From Escherichia phage BEU50: a stretch of DNA of 64,000 nt. The notes under the pieces were generated by a model. It was not told where the DNA came from. It saw only the letters and a program-made list of their open reading frames with translations, and did not search any database. Every line of letters begins with the position of its first letter. The stretch's first letter is position 1. Shown piece after piece: positions 26,589 through 36,160 of the stretch. Both the position numbers and the translations under genes were made by a program. The stretch lies in the sequence record OM632671.1. One strand, given 5' to 3'.

Positions 26589-27323
26589 ATGGAGCTAATC
26601 TTTTTAAGTGGCATCAAACGTAGTGGTAAAGACACTACTGCTGATTACATCAATTCAAACTTTAAATCCGTAAAATACCAATTGGCATATCCGATTAAAG
26701 ACGCTCTAGCAATAGCCTGGGGACGTAAACATGCTGAAGATCCTGATGTATTCACAGAGTTGAAATACGAATACTTTGAAGGTGTCGGATATGACCGTGA
26801 AACACCATTAAATCTCAATAAGTTGGATGTTATTGAATTAATGGAAGAAGCGCTAATTTATTTACAAAGTCAATATTTACCAATTAATAATGTTAAAGTA
26901 TTATCATCATTAGAAGGTGGATATTCATATCTAGATATTAAACCATATGAAGCCCTGCGTGAAGCTATAAATAATATCAACGACACATGGTCAATCCGCC
27001 GTCTTATGCAAGCCCTCGGTACGGATGTTGTCGTTAATTTATTTGACCGTATGTATTGGGTTAAACTTTTTGCATTAAACTATATGGATTATATTGGAAG
27101 TGATTTCGATTACTATGTTGTAACCGATACACGCCAAGTCCATGAAATGGAAACCGCCAGAGCGATGGGTGCTACAGTTATTCATGTGGTTCGCTCTGGT
27201 ACGGAATCCACTGATAAACATATTACAGAAGCTGGGTTGCCTATTGAAGAAGGCGATTTAGTTATTACAAACGACGGCTCTTTAGAAGAGCTTTATTCTA
27301 AAATTGAAACAATCTTAAGGTAA
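26589..27323 (+). CDS. 1: deoxynucleoside monophosphate kinase gp1
   Basis: MELIFLSGIKRSGKDTTADYI... P-loop; C-terminal IHVVRSGTESTDKHITEAGLPIEEGDLVITNDGSLEEL matches recalled T4 gp1. Confidence 0.92.
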   Translation: MELIFLSGIKRSGKDTTADYINSNFKSVKYQLAYPIKDALAIAWGRKHAEDPDVFTELKYEYFEGVGYDRETPLNLNKLDVIELMEEALIYLQSQYLPINNVKVLSSLEGGYSYLDIKPYEALREAINNINDTWSIRRLMQALGTDVVVNLFDRMYWVKLFALNYMDYIGSDFDYYVVTDTRQVHEMETARAMGATVIHVVRSGTESTDKHITEAGLPIEEGDLVITNDGSLEELYSKIETILR

Positions 27324-27327
27324 TAAA

Positions 27328-28013
<686 letters not shown>

Positions 28014-28089
28014 TTTCACAAAACAGTTTACATAAGGATGATGGCGTGTTACTATCATCCTATCAAATAAACGACCTCAAGGAAATAAA

Positions 28090-28377
28090 ATGAAAACCTA
28101 TAAAGAATTTATATCACCTGATGCTAACGTTTCTACTCTAACCGAAGCAACCCTTACTTCCGAAGTTATTAAAGCAAATAAAGGACGTGAGGGTAAACCA
28201 ATGATTGGCCTGGTTGACGGCGAAGAAGTAAAAGGTACTGTTTACTTAGGGGATGGATGGTCTGCTAAGAAAGATGGCGCTACTATTGTTATCTCTCCGG
28301 CTGAAGAGACTGCACTGTTTAAAGCTAAGCATATTTCTGTAGCTCAGCTTAAAATTATTGCAAAAACTCTTCTGTAA
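28090..28377 (+). CDS. internal protein (IPI-like) with N-terminal capsid-targeting sequence
   Basis: 95 aa; begins MKTYKEFI (CTS-like); occupies the ipI position after 57B. Confidence 0.65.
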   Translation: MKTYKEFISPDANVSTLTEATLTSEVIKANKGREGKPMIGLVDGEEVKGTVYLGDGWSAKKDGATIVISPAEETALFKAKHISVAQLKIIAKTLL

Positions 28378-28380
28378 GTA

Positions 28381-28412
28381 GTTTACATGCTGATAGGACT
28401 ATGTTATAGTAG
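28381..28412 (+). promoter_or_regulatory. early promoter (GTTTAC -35, TATAGT -10) inside a 10-bp inverted repeat (PeSL family A)
   Basis: GTTTAC at 28381-28386; IR gataggacta / tagtcctatc flanks the -10. Confidence 0.6.
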
Positions 28413-28447
28413 TCCTATCAAAACAAATGAGTAAATGGAGAAATAAA

Positions 28448-28633
28448 ATGAAACGCGCTGAACTGATTCGTAATGTTGCTGTAGTAATTGCTTCAATGGC
28501 TTTTAGTTTTTCGATGTTTGTAGGATTCATTTGTGGACTACTGACAACAACAGAAAATTCTATCTCATTGGTAGTAGCATTTCTAATCGGCTTAATCGCT
28601 ATCGTTATGGATAAAATTGCAAAAGGTGAGTAA
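28448..28633 (+). CDS. small membrane protein (two predicted TM helices)
   Basis: ATG after SD ggag; hydrophobic stretches. Confidence 0.55.
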   Translation: MKRAELIRNVAVVIASMAFSFSMFVGFICGLLTTTENSISLVVAFLIGLIAIVMDKIAKGE

Positions 28634-28634
28634 A

Positions 28635-28997
28635 ATGAAATATCACGTATATGCGGATTTTGAAGCAAATCCTTCTAAAGACCCTGATTGTCGTTTGATA
28701 CGCAGACCATTTGATTCAGCAGCTCAAGCATGGGCTTGGATTAAAACTTGTACTCCTTCTTACACTTTCTTTGAAGTGGTAGACGATAACGGTGTTCTGC
28801 ATCCAGAACCTACAGAAACTATTAATTTCCTTCTGTTTGCTGGTTACGACTGTTATCCTCTTGGCGGTATTGATGATCTTGTTGCTACAGGAAAAACTGT
28901 TGAAGCTCTTCGCGAAATTTATAAAAACGCGGAAGAAAATTTTGACTGGTATCATATTGTTGATGCTCATACCTTTGAAATGGTGGAACATTCATGA
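28635..28997 (+). CDS. hypothetical protein
   Basis: ORF with SD aaggtgag; tightly packed early-gene arrangement. Confidence 0.55.
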   Translation: MKYHVYADFEANPSKDPDCRLIRRPFDSAAQAWAWIKTCTPSYTFFEVVDDNGVLHPEPTETINFLLFAGYDCYPLGGIDDLVATGKTVEALREIYKNAEENFDWYHIVDAHTFEMVEHS

Positions 28998-29284
28998 TTC
29001 TTTATGCTAAAGTATCGTCCATTGAGAACGGATATGAAAGCGACCAACGAGCAGCTAAAGCGTTAGTTGATGACTATGGTATTTTGACTAATTTTGAAGT
29101 TGAAAAGGTTTACATCGACCGTTCGTCTTCACAGGTTAAATTACTCTGTGAAGACGATAAATTTAACACAGTTAACTTTGATTTCTTTATTGAAACAGAA
29201 AAAGGCCCTCTTGAATATGATATTTTCAAGAATCCTTTGAAATTACGTTGCATTGAATATAATTACATTAATATGGTACGGTGA
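28994..29284 (+). CDS. hypothetical protein
   Basis: ORF overlapping upstream stop (ATGA coupling). Confidence 0.55.
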   Translation: MILYAKVSSIENGYESDQRAAKALVDDYGILTNFEVEKVYIDRSSSQVKLLCEDDKFNTVNFDFFIETEKGPLEYDIFKNPLKLRCIEYNYINMVR

Positions 29285-29288
29285 GTAA

Positions 29289-29804
29289 ATGAATATTTGT
29301 TTAGGCAGTACAATTCCTAAGGGTTACGTAATTGATGTCACTACTTGGGAAAATGACGGCGACAACTATAAAACCAAAACATTATTTGGTGTGGAAGAGC
29401 ATGAGCTCCAACAGTTTAAATATCTCTTGAAGAAATTTAAGAGTCGTCATTCCAGCACTAAAGCTGAACGTTACTGTGGTAATACACCATTCAGTGATTG
29501 CTCGCTTTTAATCTATGAATACTTGGTTGAAGGGCTGTTCTCAGACCAGCTTTATCCAGAATTCATTAAAAAGGTCTTTGATATTGAAGTCGACCTTGGT
29601 AATAAATCTGAAGAAGACGAATCGCGTGTATTCGACCTGTTCCATGAGAATGGATATTTGGTATCAGAAGGTCTCATTGATATTCTTGGTCATGCTTCTG
29701 AATATTATGATTATGATTTCTTGCGTGTAGTTGAATGTGTTGAATTTGCTTATATTGAAGAAGAAATCGTTTTGCCAACTGTTAAAATGATTGATTTGCT
29801 TTAA
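29289..29804 (+). CDS. hypothetical acidic protein
   Basis: 171 aa ORF. Confidence 0.55.
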   Translation: MNICLGSTIPKGYVIDVTTWENDGDNYKTKTLFGVEEHELQQFKYLLKKFKSRHSSTKAERYCGNTPFSDCSLLIYEYLVEGLFSDQLYPEFIKKVFDIEVDLGNKSEEDESRVFDLFHENGYLVSEGLIDILGHASEYYDYDFLRVVECVEFAYIEEEIVLPTVKMIDLL

Positions 29805-29883
29805 GAATTATGTGTTATTATTAATTCGTACCCTCTATTACCAAAGGTGCTCTAAAGTGCCTTTCATAATAGAAAGTTATTTA

Positions 29884-29957
29884 GGCCCTGTAGCTCAATG
29901 GTTAGCAGCAGTCCCCTCATAAGGGAAAGGTTACCAGTTCGAATCTGGTCTGGGTCA
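29884..29957 (+). tRNA. tRNA with anticodon CAU (Met, or Ile if lysidine-modified)
   Basis: Manually folded cloverleaf: acceptor GGCCCTG / CTGGGTC, anticodon loop CTCATAA, T-arm ACCAG-TTCGAAT-CTGGT; D-stem imperfect. Confidence 0.7.
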
Positions 29958-29963
29958 TATATT

Positions 29964-30040
29964 CGAGGCATAGCTCAATTGTATGGAGCAACGGACTTCT
30001 AATCCGTAGGTTGAAGGTTAGAATCCTTCTGTCTCGACCA
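29964..30040 (+). tRNA. tRNA-Arg (anticodon UCU), CCA encoded
   Basis: Acceptor CGAGGCA / TGTCTCG, anticodon arm ACGGA-CTTCTAA-TCCGT, T-arm GAAGG-TTAGAAT-CCTTC, 3' ACCA; 6 nt after the previous tRNA. Confidence 0.85.
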
Positions 30041-30058
30041 ACTTTAAGTGAGGAAAAT

Positions 30059-30403
30059 ATGAAAGGCAATATTTATCTGGTAGTTCATGATTTAACGTTT
30101 TATTTTAACGAATATGATACAGTTATTTCTCATCGATTGATTAATTCGCTGTATCAGCATGCCGATTACATTTATGTTCAAAATGAATTTGGACATTGGA
30201 AGTTCATTAAAAATCGTTACGGGTTAACTAGTTTTGAATACTTTGACCGTAAAGACCTTTTAAACGAAATCCCATTGCAACATCGATTCCAGAAACGCGA
30301 ATCATTATATTATTGCCGTCATATACCAAACGCCGAATGTGTTAATGAAGCGATTAATCTATGGCGTCGGCGTCGAGAGCAAATTGATGATATGCCAAAA
30401 TAA
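30059..30403 (+). CDS. hypothetical protein
   Basis: ATG after SD gaggaaa; the track ORF 30011 would overlap tRNA-Arg, so the downstream start is used. Confidence 0.5.
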   Translation: MKGNIYLVVHDLTFYFNEYDTVISHRLINSLYQHADYIYVQNEFGHWKFIKNRYGLTSFEYFDRKDLLNEIPLQHRFQKRESLYYCRHIPNAECVNEAINLWRRRREQIDDMPK

Positions 30404-30715
30404 GAAGCCGGGTCGCTACCGGTAAGTCGTCGGACTGATGTTCCCTGAGTAAGGACTGGTCTTAATAAATCTTTACGATTTGTTAATATCCCCTTACATC
30501 ACAGCAGAAACGGCGCACAGAATTATCGATTCGAGGAAATATCTTTGCCGTAAGCCGAGTAGCGTTTTTGACGGAACGTTCGGATATGGTCGAGATATGG
30601 CCTTTTAAAAATATTGAGTAGCGTCAACTGCTTAATAACCGGGTTCGAATCCCGGCGTTTCGTACAAACACTTGCCTTAGCAGGTGGAAACCCCGACAAG
30701 GTTGCCGCAAGGCTT
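30404..30715 (+). ncRNA. non-coding region with tRNA-like T-arm; possible stable small RNA(s) analogous to T4 tRNA-cluster species
   Basis: About 310 nt with no convincing ORF; ACCGGG-TTCGAAT-CCCGG T-arm-like element near 30640-30660; ends at a rho-independent terminator. Confidence 0.3.
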
Positions 30716-30745
30716 AGCCCCTTCCGAAAGGTTGGGGCTTTTTGG
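30716..30745 (+). terminator. rho-independent terminator (repeated element, copy 1)
   Basis: agcccc-ttcc-gaaa-gg-ttggggct hairpin followed by TTTTTGG. Confidence 0.65.
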
Positions 30746-30788
30746 CATAATAATAAATAGATAAGTTAATTAACTTAGGAAAAGCAAC

Positions 30789-31253
30789 ATGAAATCATAC
30801 GCTGAATTTTTGACTGAACAATCTAGTTCAGATGTAAAAGCCGCTGCGATTGCAGCAATTCAAGCAGGTAAATATTCTTACAAAGACGCCTCTGATGAAG
30901 AACGTTTCCGTTTTATTAGAGATTTTAAAGCCGAAGGTTTTACTAATGCTAATACTGTTAGCCGAGTTTTTAAAAGCCTAGCTGCATCAGGTGAATTGTT
31001 CCAGAAAGCTACAGGTAAAGCACCTGCGCCAAAAGCGGACCCTAAAGCAGCTCAAGAAAAAAATATCGCCAAAGGAATTATTTCTAAGTATGAAGCAATT
31101 CTTAAAGAGCTTTTAGTAATCAAAACAGAAGGACAGAAACTGGCACGAGCACATAGCTTCAAAGATAATCCTCACGCTCATAGCCTTGAGTATGTTGAAG
31201 ATATCCAAAAACTTATTAAAGACCGTATCTGGTCTGCTAAACAAATTAAATAA
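30789..31253 (+). CDS. internal-protein-like protein with N-terminal capsid-targeting sequence
   Basis: 154 aa; begins MKSYAEFLTE (CTS with L-x-E); flanked by terminator copies 1 and 2. Confidence 0.6.
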   Translation: MKSYAEFLTEQSSSDVKAAAIAAIQAGKYSYKDASDEERFRFIRDFKAEGFTNANTVSRVFKSLAASGELFQKATGKAPAPKADPKAAQEKNIAKGIISKYEAILKELLVIKTEGQKLARAHSFKDNPHAHSLEYVEDIQKLIKDRIWSAKQIK

Positions 31254-31258
31254 TAGAA

Positions 31259-31290
31259 TGCCCCTTCCTTATGGTTGGGGCTTTTTGGCA
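31259..31290 (+). terminator. rho-independent terminator (repeated element, copy 2, loop variant)
   Basis: gcccc-ttcc-ttat-gg-ttggggc plus T-run; same stem as copy 1. Confidence 0.65.
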
Positions 31291-31319
31291 TCTAGGGCAT
31301 AAAAATATTTCATAAAGAT

Positions 31320-31350
31320 GTTTACTTCTTCTAAGGACATGATACTATAG
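31320..31350 (+). promoter_or_regulatory. early promoter (GTTTAC, 17 nt, TACTAT), PeSL family B
   Basis: GTTTAC 31320-31325, TACTAT 31343-31348; downstream SD agaggag. Confidence 0.6.
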
Positions 31351-31376
31351 ACTTATCAACCACAGAGGAGAATATT

Positions 31377-31682
31377 ATGAGTCTTTACACTGAACTGAAT
31401 AAAAAATCTGAAGAATCTGCTGAAACTATTTTTAAAAACGTGCAAAAGCGTATTTTAGAAAAGATGTATAACACTGCAGCTAAAGGTGAAAAATCTTGCC
31501 GGTTCCCGATGAGGTGTTCTTCCGATTTATGCGCAAATACTATTGAATGGCTGGAAAGTGAAGGTCTTACGGTAGAGAAAAACCCGGCGATTTCTATTGA
31601 CAGTGAATCATATATTAGTATTTCTTGGGATAAACCACGTATGAATGAAGGACACTACAAGTTGTTAAGTTGGAAAAATTAA
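31377..31682 (+). CDS. hypothetical protein
   Basis: 101 aa ORF downstream of an early promoter. Confidence 0.55.
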   Translation: MSLYTELNKKSEESAETIFKNVQKRILEKMYNTAAKGEKSCRFPMRCSSDLCANTIEWLESEGLTVEKNPAISIDSESYISISWDKPRMNEGHYKLLSWKN

Positions 31683-31689
31683 AAATAAT

Positions 31690-31722
31690 GATGTACAAGC
31701 ACCAAGGATGGTGATACTATAG
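31690..31722 (+). promoter_or_regulatory. early promoter, PeSL family C (ccaaggatgg core)
   Basis: atgtacaagcaccaaggatggtgaTACTAT; related to the promoters at 48061, 49117 and 50137. Confidence 0.5.
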
Positions 31723-31750
31723 ACTTATCAACTACAGAGGAGTAAACAAA

Positions 31751-31915
31751 ATGACTACTTTAATTATTTGGTTCGATGAAAATGAAGAAACATACTGTGT
31801 GAATATTGGTGAAAGTCCAATGCCTGAATTTGAATCCTCAGATAAAAACTCTGTTGTATCTTGGGCTGAAGGTTATAAAGCAGCTAAAGGTGACGTTGAA
31901 ATAATTTACATCTAA
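31751..31915 (+). CDS. hypothetical small protein (54 aa)
   Basis: Manually translated ORF MTTLIIWFDENEETY...; SD gaggag; not in the track (<60 aa). Confidence 0.45.
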   Translation: MTTLIIWFDENEETYCVNIGESPMPEFESSDKNSVVSWAEGYKAAKGDVEIIYI

Positions 31916-31961
31916 GTAAGTTTATGTTATAGTAGTCCTATCAAATCAAGAGGAAAACAAA

Positions 31962-32189
31962 ATGGCTAAAGTTAGTATTGATGTCGTTGATTATGAATAC
32001 ACCGAAGAAGTTATTCGCAACCGCCACCCTGAAGTTCGTATCGATTCAGTACAAGATTCCAAGTTCTGGACAACTGAGCTTAATCTGAGCGGCCCTTATG
32101 AAGCTGTTAAGAAGTTCATGGTTGAAGAATACTGCGAAGGCATGCACCCCGAAGACGCCAAGTTTTATGTCAATTTGATTAAAAAATAA
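31962..32189 (+). CDS. hypothetical protein
   Basis: 75 aa ORF after SD agaggaaa. Confidence 0.55.
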   Translation: MAKVSIDVVDYEYTEEVIRNRHPEVRIDSVQDSKFWTTELNLSGPYEAVKKFMVEEYCEGMHPEDAKFYVNLIKK

Positions 32190-32220
32190 TTTACAAACTC
32201 TTGAGAGCAGAGTATAATGC
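32189..32220 (+). promoter_or_regulatory. early promoter with IR around the -10 (PeSL family D)
   Basis: ATTTAC ... gagagca-gagTATAATgctctc; about 50-nt element repeated at 58353-58405. Confidence 0.55.
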
Positions 32221-32259
32221 TCTCGTTGGATAATAAACCACCAATTGAAAGGTAATAAT

Positions 32260-32853
32260 ATGAACACACTGAAGAAACTTGTTGAATTCATCCGCACTAA
32301 ACTGGGTACTGCTATGGCTAAAAATCTGACTGTCGAAGAACAGTATAACGCAGCTGCAGATAAGTTGATTACCCAAATCAAAGAACTAAAAACGGCTTCT
32401 GTTAAATCTATTAATGAAGAAAAACGTATTCGCGAACTTGTTAATGAAAAGAACAAGCAAGCCGCTTCTAAGGAACGTGAAATTCGTAAGCTCCTTGCTG
32501 AAGGACAAGATGTTACTATGCATGCTAAGCTTGGTCTTCTGTATCGTCGAACTGCCGAACAACTTAATACAAAGGCTGACGGGTATGCCGCTATGCGAAT
32601 TGAAATTGCTCGTAAGGTGGTTGAACTTGACGATGCTCGTCAGAACCTGGCAATCAAACTCGAATACATTCGTGAAACTCGAGCAGCCAATGCCCTTGGT
32701 ATCTCTACGGCCGATGATGTAATTGAAATAGCTGCACTGACTAAGGTTGATATCGAAGACACTCTGACTCGTGTTGAAACGTTCAATGGCACTCCAGCCG
32801 GCGTCGAAACCACTTCTGCTGATGTACAAGAATATATTAACTCTTTGAAATAA
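32260..32853 (+). CDS. hypothetical coiled-coil protein
   Basis: 197 aa from ATG after SD aaggtaa; predicted long alpha-helical/coiled-coil sequence. Confidence 0.55.
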   Translation: MNTLKKLVEFIRTKLGTAMAKNLTVEEQYNAAADKLITQIKELKTASVKSINEEKRIRELVNEKNKQAASKEREIRKLLAEGQDVTMHAKLGLLYRRTAEQLNTKADGYAAMRIEIARKVVELDDARQNLAIKLEYIRETRAANALGISTADDVIEIAALTKVDIEDTLTRVETFNGTPAGVETTSADVQEYINSLK

Positions 32854-32902
32854 AATAATACGGAGGACTCCGGTCCTCCTTTTGGATAATAAAGGAGTTA
32901 AC

Positions 32903-33385
32903 ATGCGAAACCAAAATAATGATATTGACTCAATGTTCGAAGAGTTCCGAGATAAGGTAAATCCACCTACGTCTTTAGTTGATTCATTACGATATGTTGC
33001 AACTGGACGTAAATGGTACTGGTCGTCTTCTTATGAGACCACCGAGAAAACGGCTAGCCATAGCAGAAAATCTTTATTAGCCCCAGGTATTATGATTCAT
33101 GATATCGGAGCTATTGCTAAACTAGTTGCAGACCATGATATTAGATTCACCGATTTCGTTGCTCCTACATGGTCTGTTTGTTGTTTAAACACTGAATGGG
33201 AAGCTCCAGATCGTACTCTTCTTCAGTTTGATTGGCAAACATGGCACACTGGTTCTCGTGCAATTAGTAACGGATGGCGTTGGTTCGGACGTGTATCTCG
33301 TAATACAGACCGAGTTAAAAAGATTACCAATGAAATTCGTGTCAATGCCCAAGTTTATCTGGAATTCCCTATGGAAGGTTGGTAA
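32903..33385 (+). CDS. hypothetical protein
   Basis: ATG after SD aaaggag; the track ORF starts at an upstream TTG. Confidence 0.55.
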   Translation: MRNQNNDIDSMFEEFRDKVNPPTSLVDSLRYVATGRKWYWSSSYETTEKTASHSRKSLLAPGIMIHDIGAIAKLVADHDIRFTDFVAPTWSVCCLNTEWEAPDRTLLQFDWQTWHTGSRAISNGWRWFGRVSRNTDRVKKITNEIRVNAQVYLEFPMEGW

Positions 33386-33876
33386 TGATTAACAAAACAT
33401 ATTGGTCTAATATAGACGATGGCGACGAAGGTATTTCGTATTATTCGGTAGATTGGACAGGATGTCCATCCTACTTAGTGAAACATATTTGCCAAGAATT
33501 TAAAATCGACCAGCCAGCAGGTATTATTGTGAACAGATACATTAATGGATATCAACCTATCGATGAAGTAATACGAACAACTCAAGCTGAGCTTGAAAAG
33601 TTTTTCAATAAGTGTCAATGGATAACAGGATGGATTATATTTGTACCGTCGGTATGGTTTTTTAGTACTAAAGTAAGTGCCTTTGCTGTACTAGATATTA
33701 TCGCTATCTTATTAGCATCTACTATCGTAAGTATTATTGGTGGTATTATTGGTGGAGGTACTATAGGCATCATTATTAATCTTGTTAAAAGTAGTTTACA
33801 AGAACATAAAGACAAGATAAAAGCCAAGAATAATGAAGTTGAACGTTTTATTACCGAATGCAGGAATTTGAGATGA
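33385..33876 (+). CDS. hypothetical membrane protein (Gly-rich TM segment IIGGIIGGGTIGIII)
   Basis: ATG overlapping the upstream stop (TAATG); hydrophobic core. Confidence 0.55.
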   Translation: MINKTYWSNIDDGDEGISYYSVDWTGCPSYLVKHICQEFKIDQPAGIIVNRYINGYQPIDEVIRTTQAELEKFFNKCQWITGWIIFVPSVWFFSTKVSAFAVLDIIAILLASTIVSIIGGIIGGGTIGIIINLVKSSLQEHKDKIKAKNNEVERFITECRNLR

Positions 33877-34109
33877 GTATAGCAATTTACATTAAATCAG
33901 AATCATGTGATAGTTATCTGTACACATATGATAAAGATGTGTCAGAAGAAAAAATCAAAGACGACCTTAATATGGACCTTGATATGTTCTGTCCTATTGC
34001 AGATTACAAACTTGCGGTCTCTAATAGTGAAAGTCCATCTAAAGAAACGCGCATTGAAGAATTTATGTCCGAATTAATGGCCAAATCATGGGACCGAGAT
34101 GATGAGTAA
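33873..34109 (+). CDS. hypothetical acidic protein
   Basis: ATGA overlap with the upstream stop; alternative start at 33858. Confidence 0.5.
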   Translation: MSIAIYIKSESCDSYLYTYDKDVSEEKIKDDLNMDLDMFCPIADYKLAVSNSESPSKETRIEEFMSELMAKSWDRDDE

Positions 34110-34557
34110 GAAAAATAAAGTGAAAGAACTATCAGCCGGTATTATTTTCCTTACCGAAGATAAAGAATTATTCATGGGGCGTGTAACTGGTTCTCGTCCT
34201 AAAGGTGCATTAGCTCATCGGTGGGATATTCCTAAAGGCCGTGTCGAACCTGGCGAATCTCCTATCGAAGCCGCTATTCGTGAATGCGAAGAAGAAACTG
34301 GGTTTACACAATATGACCCTGCCTTCCTGAAAGACCTAGGCGAACATCATTACTCAGACAATAAGAATATTCATCTGTTCCTATATACCATCCCTGTAGA
34401 GCACGAGCAATTCAGAAACAGTGTTTGTAATTCCTATCATACATTCCCAGACGGACGACAGATTCCTGAATTTGATGCATTCGCTTTAATTAAACCTTCT
34501 CAATGGGAATATGTAATGGGCAAATCATTATATAAGGTGCTCACCACCCTCCTATAA
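34099..34557 (+). CDS. nudE: Nudix hydrolase NudE (e.1)
   Basis: Nudix box GRVEPGESPIEAAIRECEEETG; 152 aa; immediately upstream of lysozyme e as in T4. Confidence 0.9.
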   Translation: MMSKKNKVKELSAGIIFLTEDKELFMGRVTGSRPKGALAHRWDIPKGRVEPGESPIEAAIRECEEETGFTQYDPAFLKDLGEHHYSDNKNIHLFLYTIPVEHEQFRNSVCNSYHTFPDGRQIPEFDAFALIKPSQWEYVMGKSLYKVLTTLL

Positions 34558-34591
34558 GTAATAAATACCTCCTATAAACGTGGGAGGTATT

Positions 34592-35080
34592 ATGAATATA
34601 TTTGAAATGCTTCGTAATGACGAAGGTCTTAGACTGACTTTATACAAAGACACCGAAGGCTTTTGGACGATTGGCATAGGCCATTTAGTAACAAAGAACC
34701 CGTCTTTAGCCGTAGCTAAAGCTGAACTTGACAGAATGATCGGACGTAAATGCAACGGTACAATTACCCTTGATGAGGCTGAAAAGCTATTTAATGAAGA
34801 CGTTGATAAAGCCGTTCGCGGAATCTTGGGTAATGCTAAACTTAAACCGGTATATGATTCTTTAGATGCGGTTCGTCGTTGTGCATTGGTCAATATGGTC
34901 TTCCAAATGGGTGTAGCAGGCGTCGCCGGTTTTACTAATTCTCTTCGTATGCTTCAACAGAAACGTTGGGATGAAGCGGCAGTAAATCTAGCCCAATCTA
35001 AATGGTATCGTCAGACACCTAATCGCGCGAAACGTGTAATCTCAACATTTAAAACAGGAACTTGGAAAGCGTATATATGA
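34592..35080 (+). CDS. e: endolysin (T4 lysozyme)
   Basis: [32 protein letters not shown]... near-identical to recalled T4 lysozyme. Confidence 0.97.
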   Translation: MNIFEMLRNDEGLRLTLYKDTEGFWTIGIGHLVTKNPSLAVAKAELDRMIGRKCNGTITLDEAEKLFNEDVDKAVRGILGNAKLKPVYDSLDAVRRCALVNMVFQMGVAGVAGFTNSLRMLQQKRWDEAAVNLAQSKWYRQTPNRAKRVISTFKTGTWKAYI

Positions 35081-35358
35081 AAACATATAGTGAATTTTTA
35101 TCAGAATCTATTCTTAACGAAGCTACTGACACATTTGCAACTAAGCTAGGTGCAGCTTTGGTTGAAGCTGAAAGTCTATTAGCACGTATTTCTGAACTTG
35201 CTAGTAAGATAGATACTCGCAAATTTGAACGTACCAGCGATATCGCTAAGCTTGAAGCTTTGTTACGTATGTGCGATAAACCGGAAGAAATCGCTAAGAA
35301 CGGCTCGTTAATGAAACAACGTCTTGAAAAATATATTTCAGGCGCTTCAGAAAAATAG
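35077..35358 (+). CDS. internal-protein-like protein with capsid-targeting sequence
   Basis: 93 aa; begins [10 protein letters not shown]; ATGA overlap with e stop; sits between e and denV where T4 carries ipIII/ipII. Confidence 0.6.
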   Translation: MKTYSEFLSESILNEATDTFATKLGAALVEAESLLARISELASKIDTRKFERTSDIAKLEALLRMCDKPEEIAKNGSLMKQRLEKYISGASEK

Positions 35359-35359
35359 T

Positions 35360-35390
35360 GTTTACTTCCTCCAAGGACTTTGATACTATA
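35360..35390 (+). promoter_or_regulatory. early promoter (GTTTAC, 18 nt, TACTAT), PeSL family B, with IR cctccaag / cttggagg
   Basis: GTTTAC 35360-35365; right IR arm contains the denV SD ggagg. Confidence 0.6.
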
Positions 35391-35416
35391 CATTCATCAA
35401 CTACTTGGAGGAAATT

Positions 35417-35830
35417 ATGACTCGTATCAATTTAACACTTGTTTCTGAACTGACTGACCAACATCTTATGGCTGAGTATCGTGAATTACCACGCGTATTT
35501 GGTGCAGTCCGTAAACATGTTCAAAACGGTAAACGTGTAAAGGATTTTAAAATCTCTCCAACATTTATCTTAGGCACAGGTCACGTAACATTCTTTTACG
35601 ACAAACTCGAATTTTTACGTTTACGTCAAATCGAGCTAATCGCTGAATGTTTGAAACGTGGTTTCAAAATCAAGGACACGACAGTCCAGGATATTTCCGA
35701 CATCCCTGCCGAATTTCGTAATAATTATGTCCCGTCCGAAGCGTCCATTGCGATAAGTCAAGCACGCTTAGATGAAAAAATTGCTCAACGTCCGACTTGG
35801 TACAAATACTATGGTAAATCAATTTACTAA
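35417..35830 (+). CDS. denV: endonuclease V (pyrimidine dimer DNA glycosylase)
   Basis: [35 protein letters not shown]... near-identical to recalled T4 DenV. Confidence 0.95.
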   Translation: MTRINLTLVSELTDQHLMAEYRELPRVFGAVRKHVQNGKRVKDFKISPTFILGTGHVTFFYDKLEFLRLRQIELIAECLKRGFKIKDTTVQDISDIPAEFRNNYVPSEASIAISQARLDEKIAQRPTWYKYYGKSIY

Positions 35831-35836
35831 GGAAAA

Positions 35837-36097
35837 ATGAAAATGTATCAAGAATTTATCATTGAAGCAGATGCCAAAGGTCCTAAATTTAAAGTTAAAG
35901 CTTTCATTGGTGATGCGGAAGACTTTGGCTCATTAAAACGTAATGGGTATTCTTTCTTAGGTGGCGATGGTAAAGAAATCAACACCTATGCAAAACGTAG
36001 TGAAATTGCTTATGTTGTAGCAAGTCCTAAAGTAGATGTTGACGATATTGGATATGATTTTAACAACTTCGGAATTATTTCTGGCGGTAAAGCTTAA
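35837..36097 (+). CDS. internal-protein-like protein with capsid-targeting sequence
   Basis: 86 aa; begins MKMYQEFIIE. Confidence 0.55.
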   Translation: MKMYQEFIIEADAKGPKFKVKAFIGDAEDFGSLKRNGYSFLGGDGKEINTYAKRSEIAYVVASPKVDVDDIGYDFNNFGIISGGKA

Positions 36098-36100
36098 ATT

Positions 36101-36131
36101 GTTTACGCTTAAGTATTAATATGGTATAATT
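36101..36131 (+). promoter_or_regulatory. early promoter (GTTTAC, 18 nt, extended -10 TGgTATAAT)
   Basis: GTTTAC 36101-36106, TATAAT 36125-36130. Confidence 0.65.
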
Positions 36132-36160
36132 ACTCTATCAAAACAAACAAGGAAACAAAA

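Noticed and set aside
30011-30403. Track ORF starting at 30011
   Set aside because: Its first 16 codons overlap tRNA-Arg; the downstream ATG at 30059 with SD gaggaaa is used instead
30636-30665. T-arm-like element as a third tRNA gene
   Set aside because: No complementary 5' acceptor stem or anticodon arm could be built; treated as part of a possible small RNA instead
32046-32904. Minus-strand ORFs (32046-32456, 32386-32904) in the early region
   Set aside because: Antisense to plus-strand ORFs that have promoters and RBS; all supported early genes here are on the plus strand
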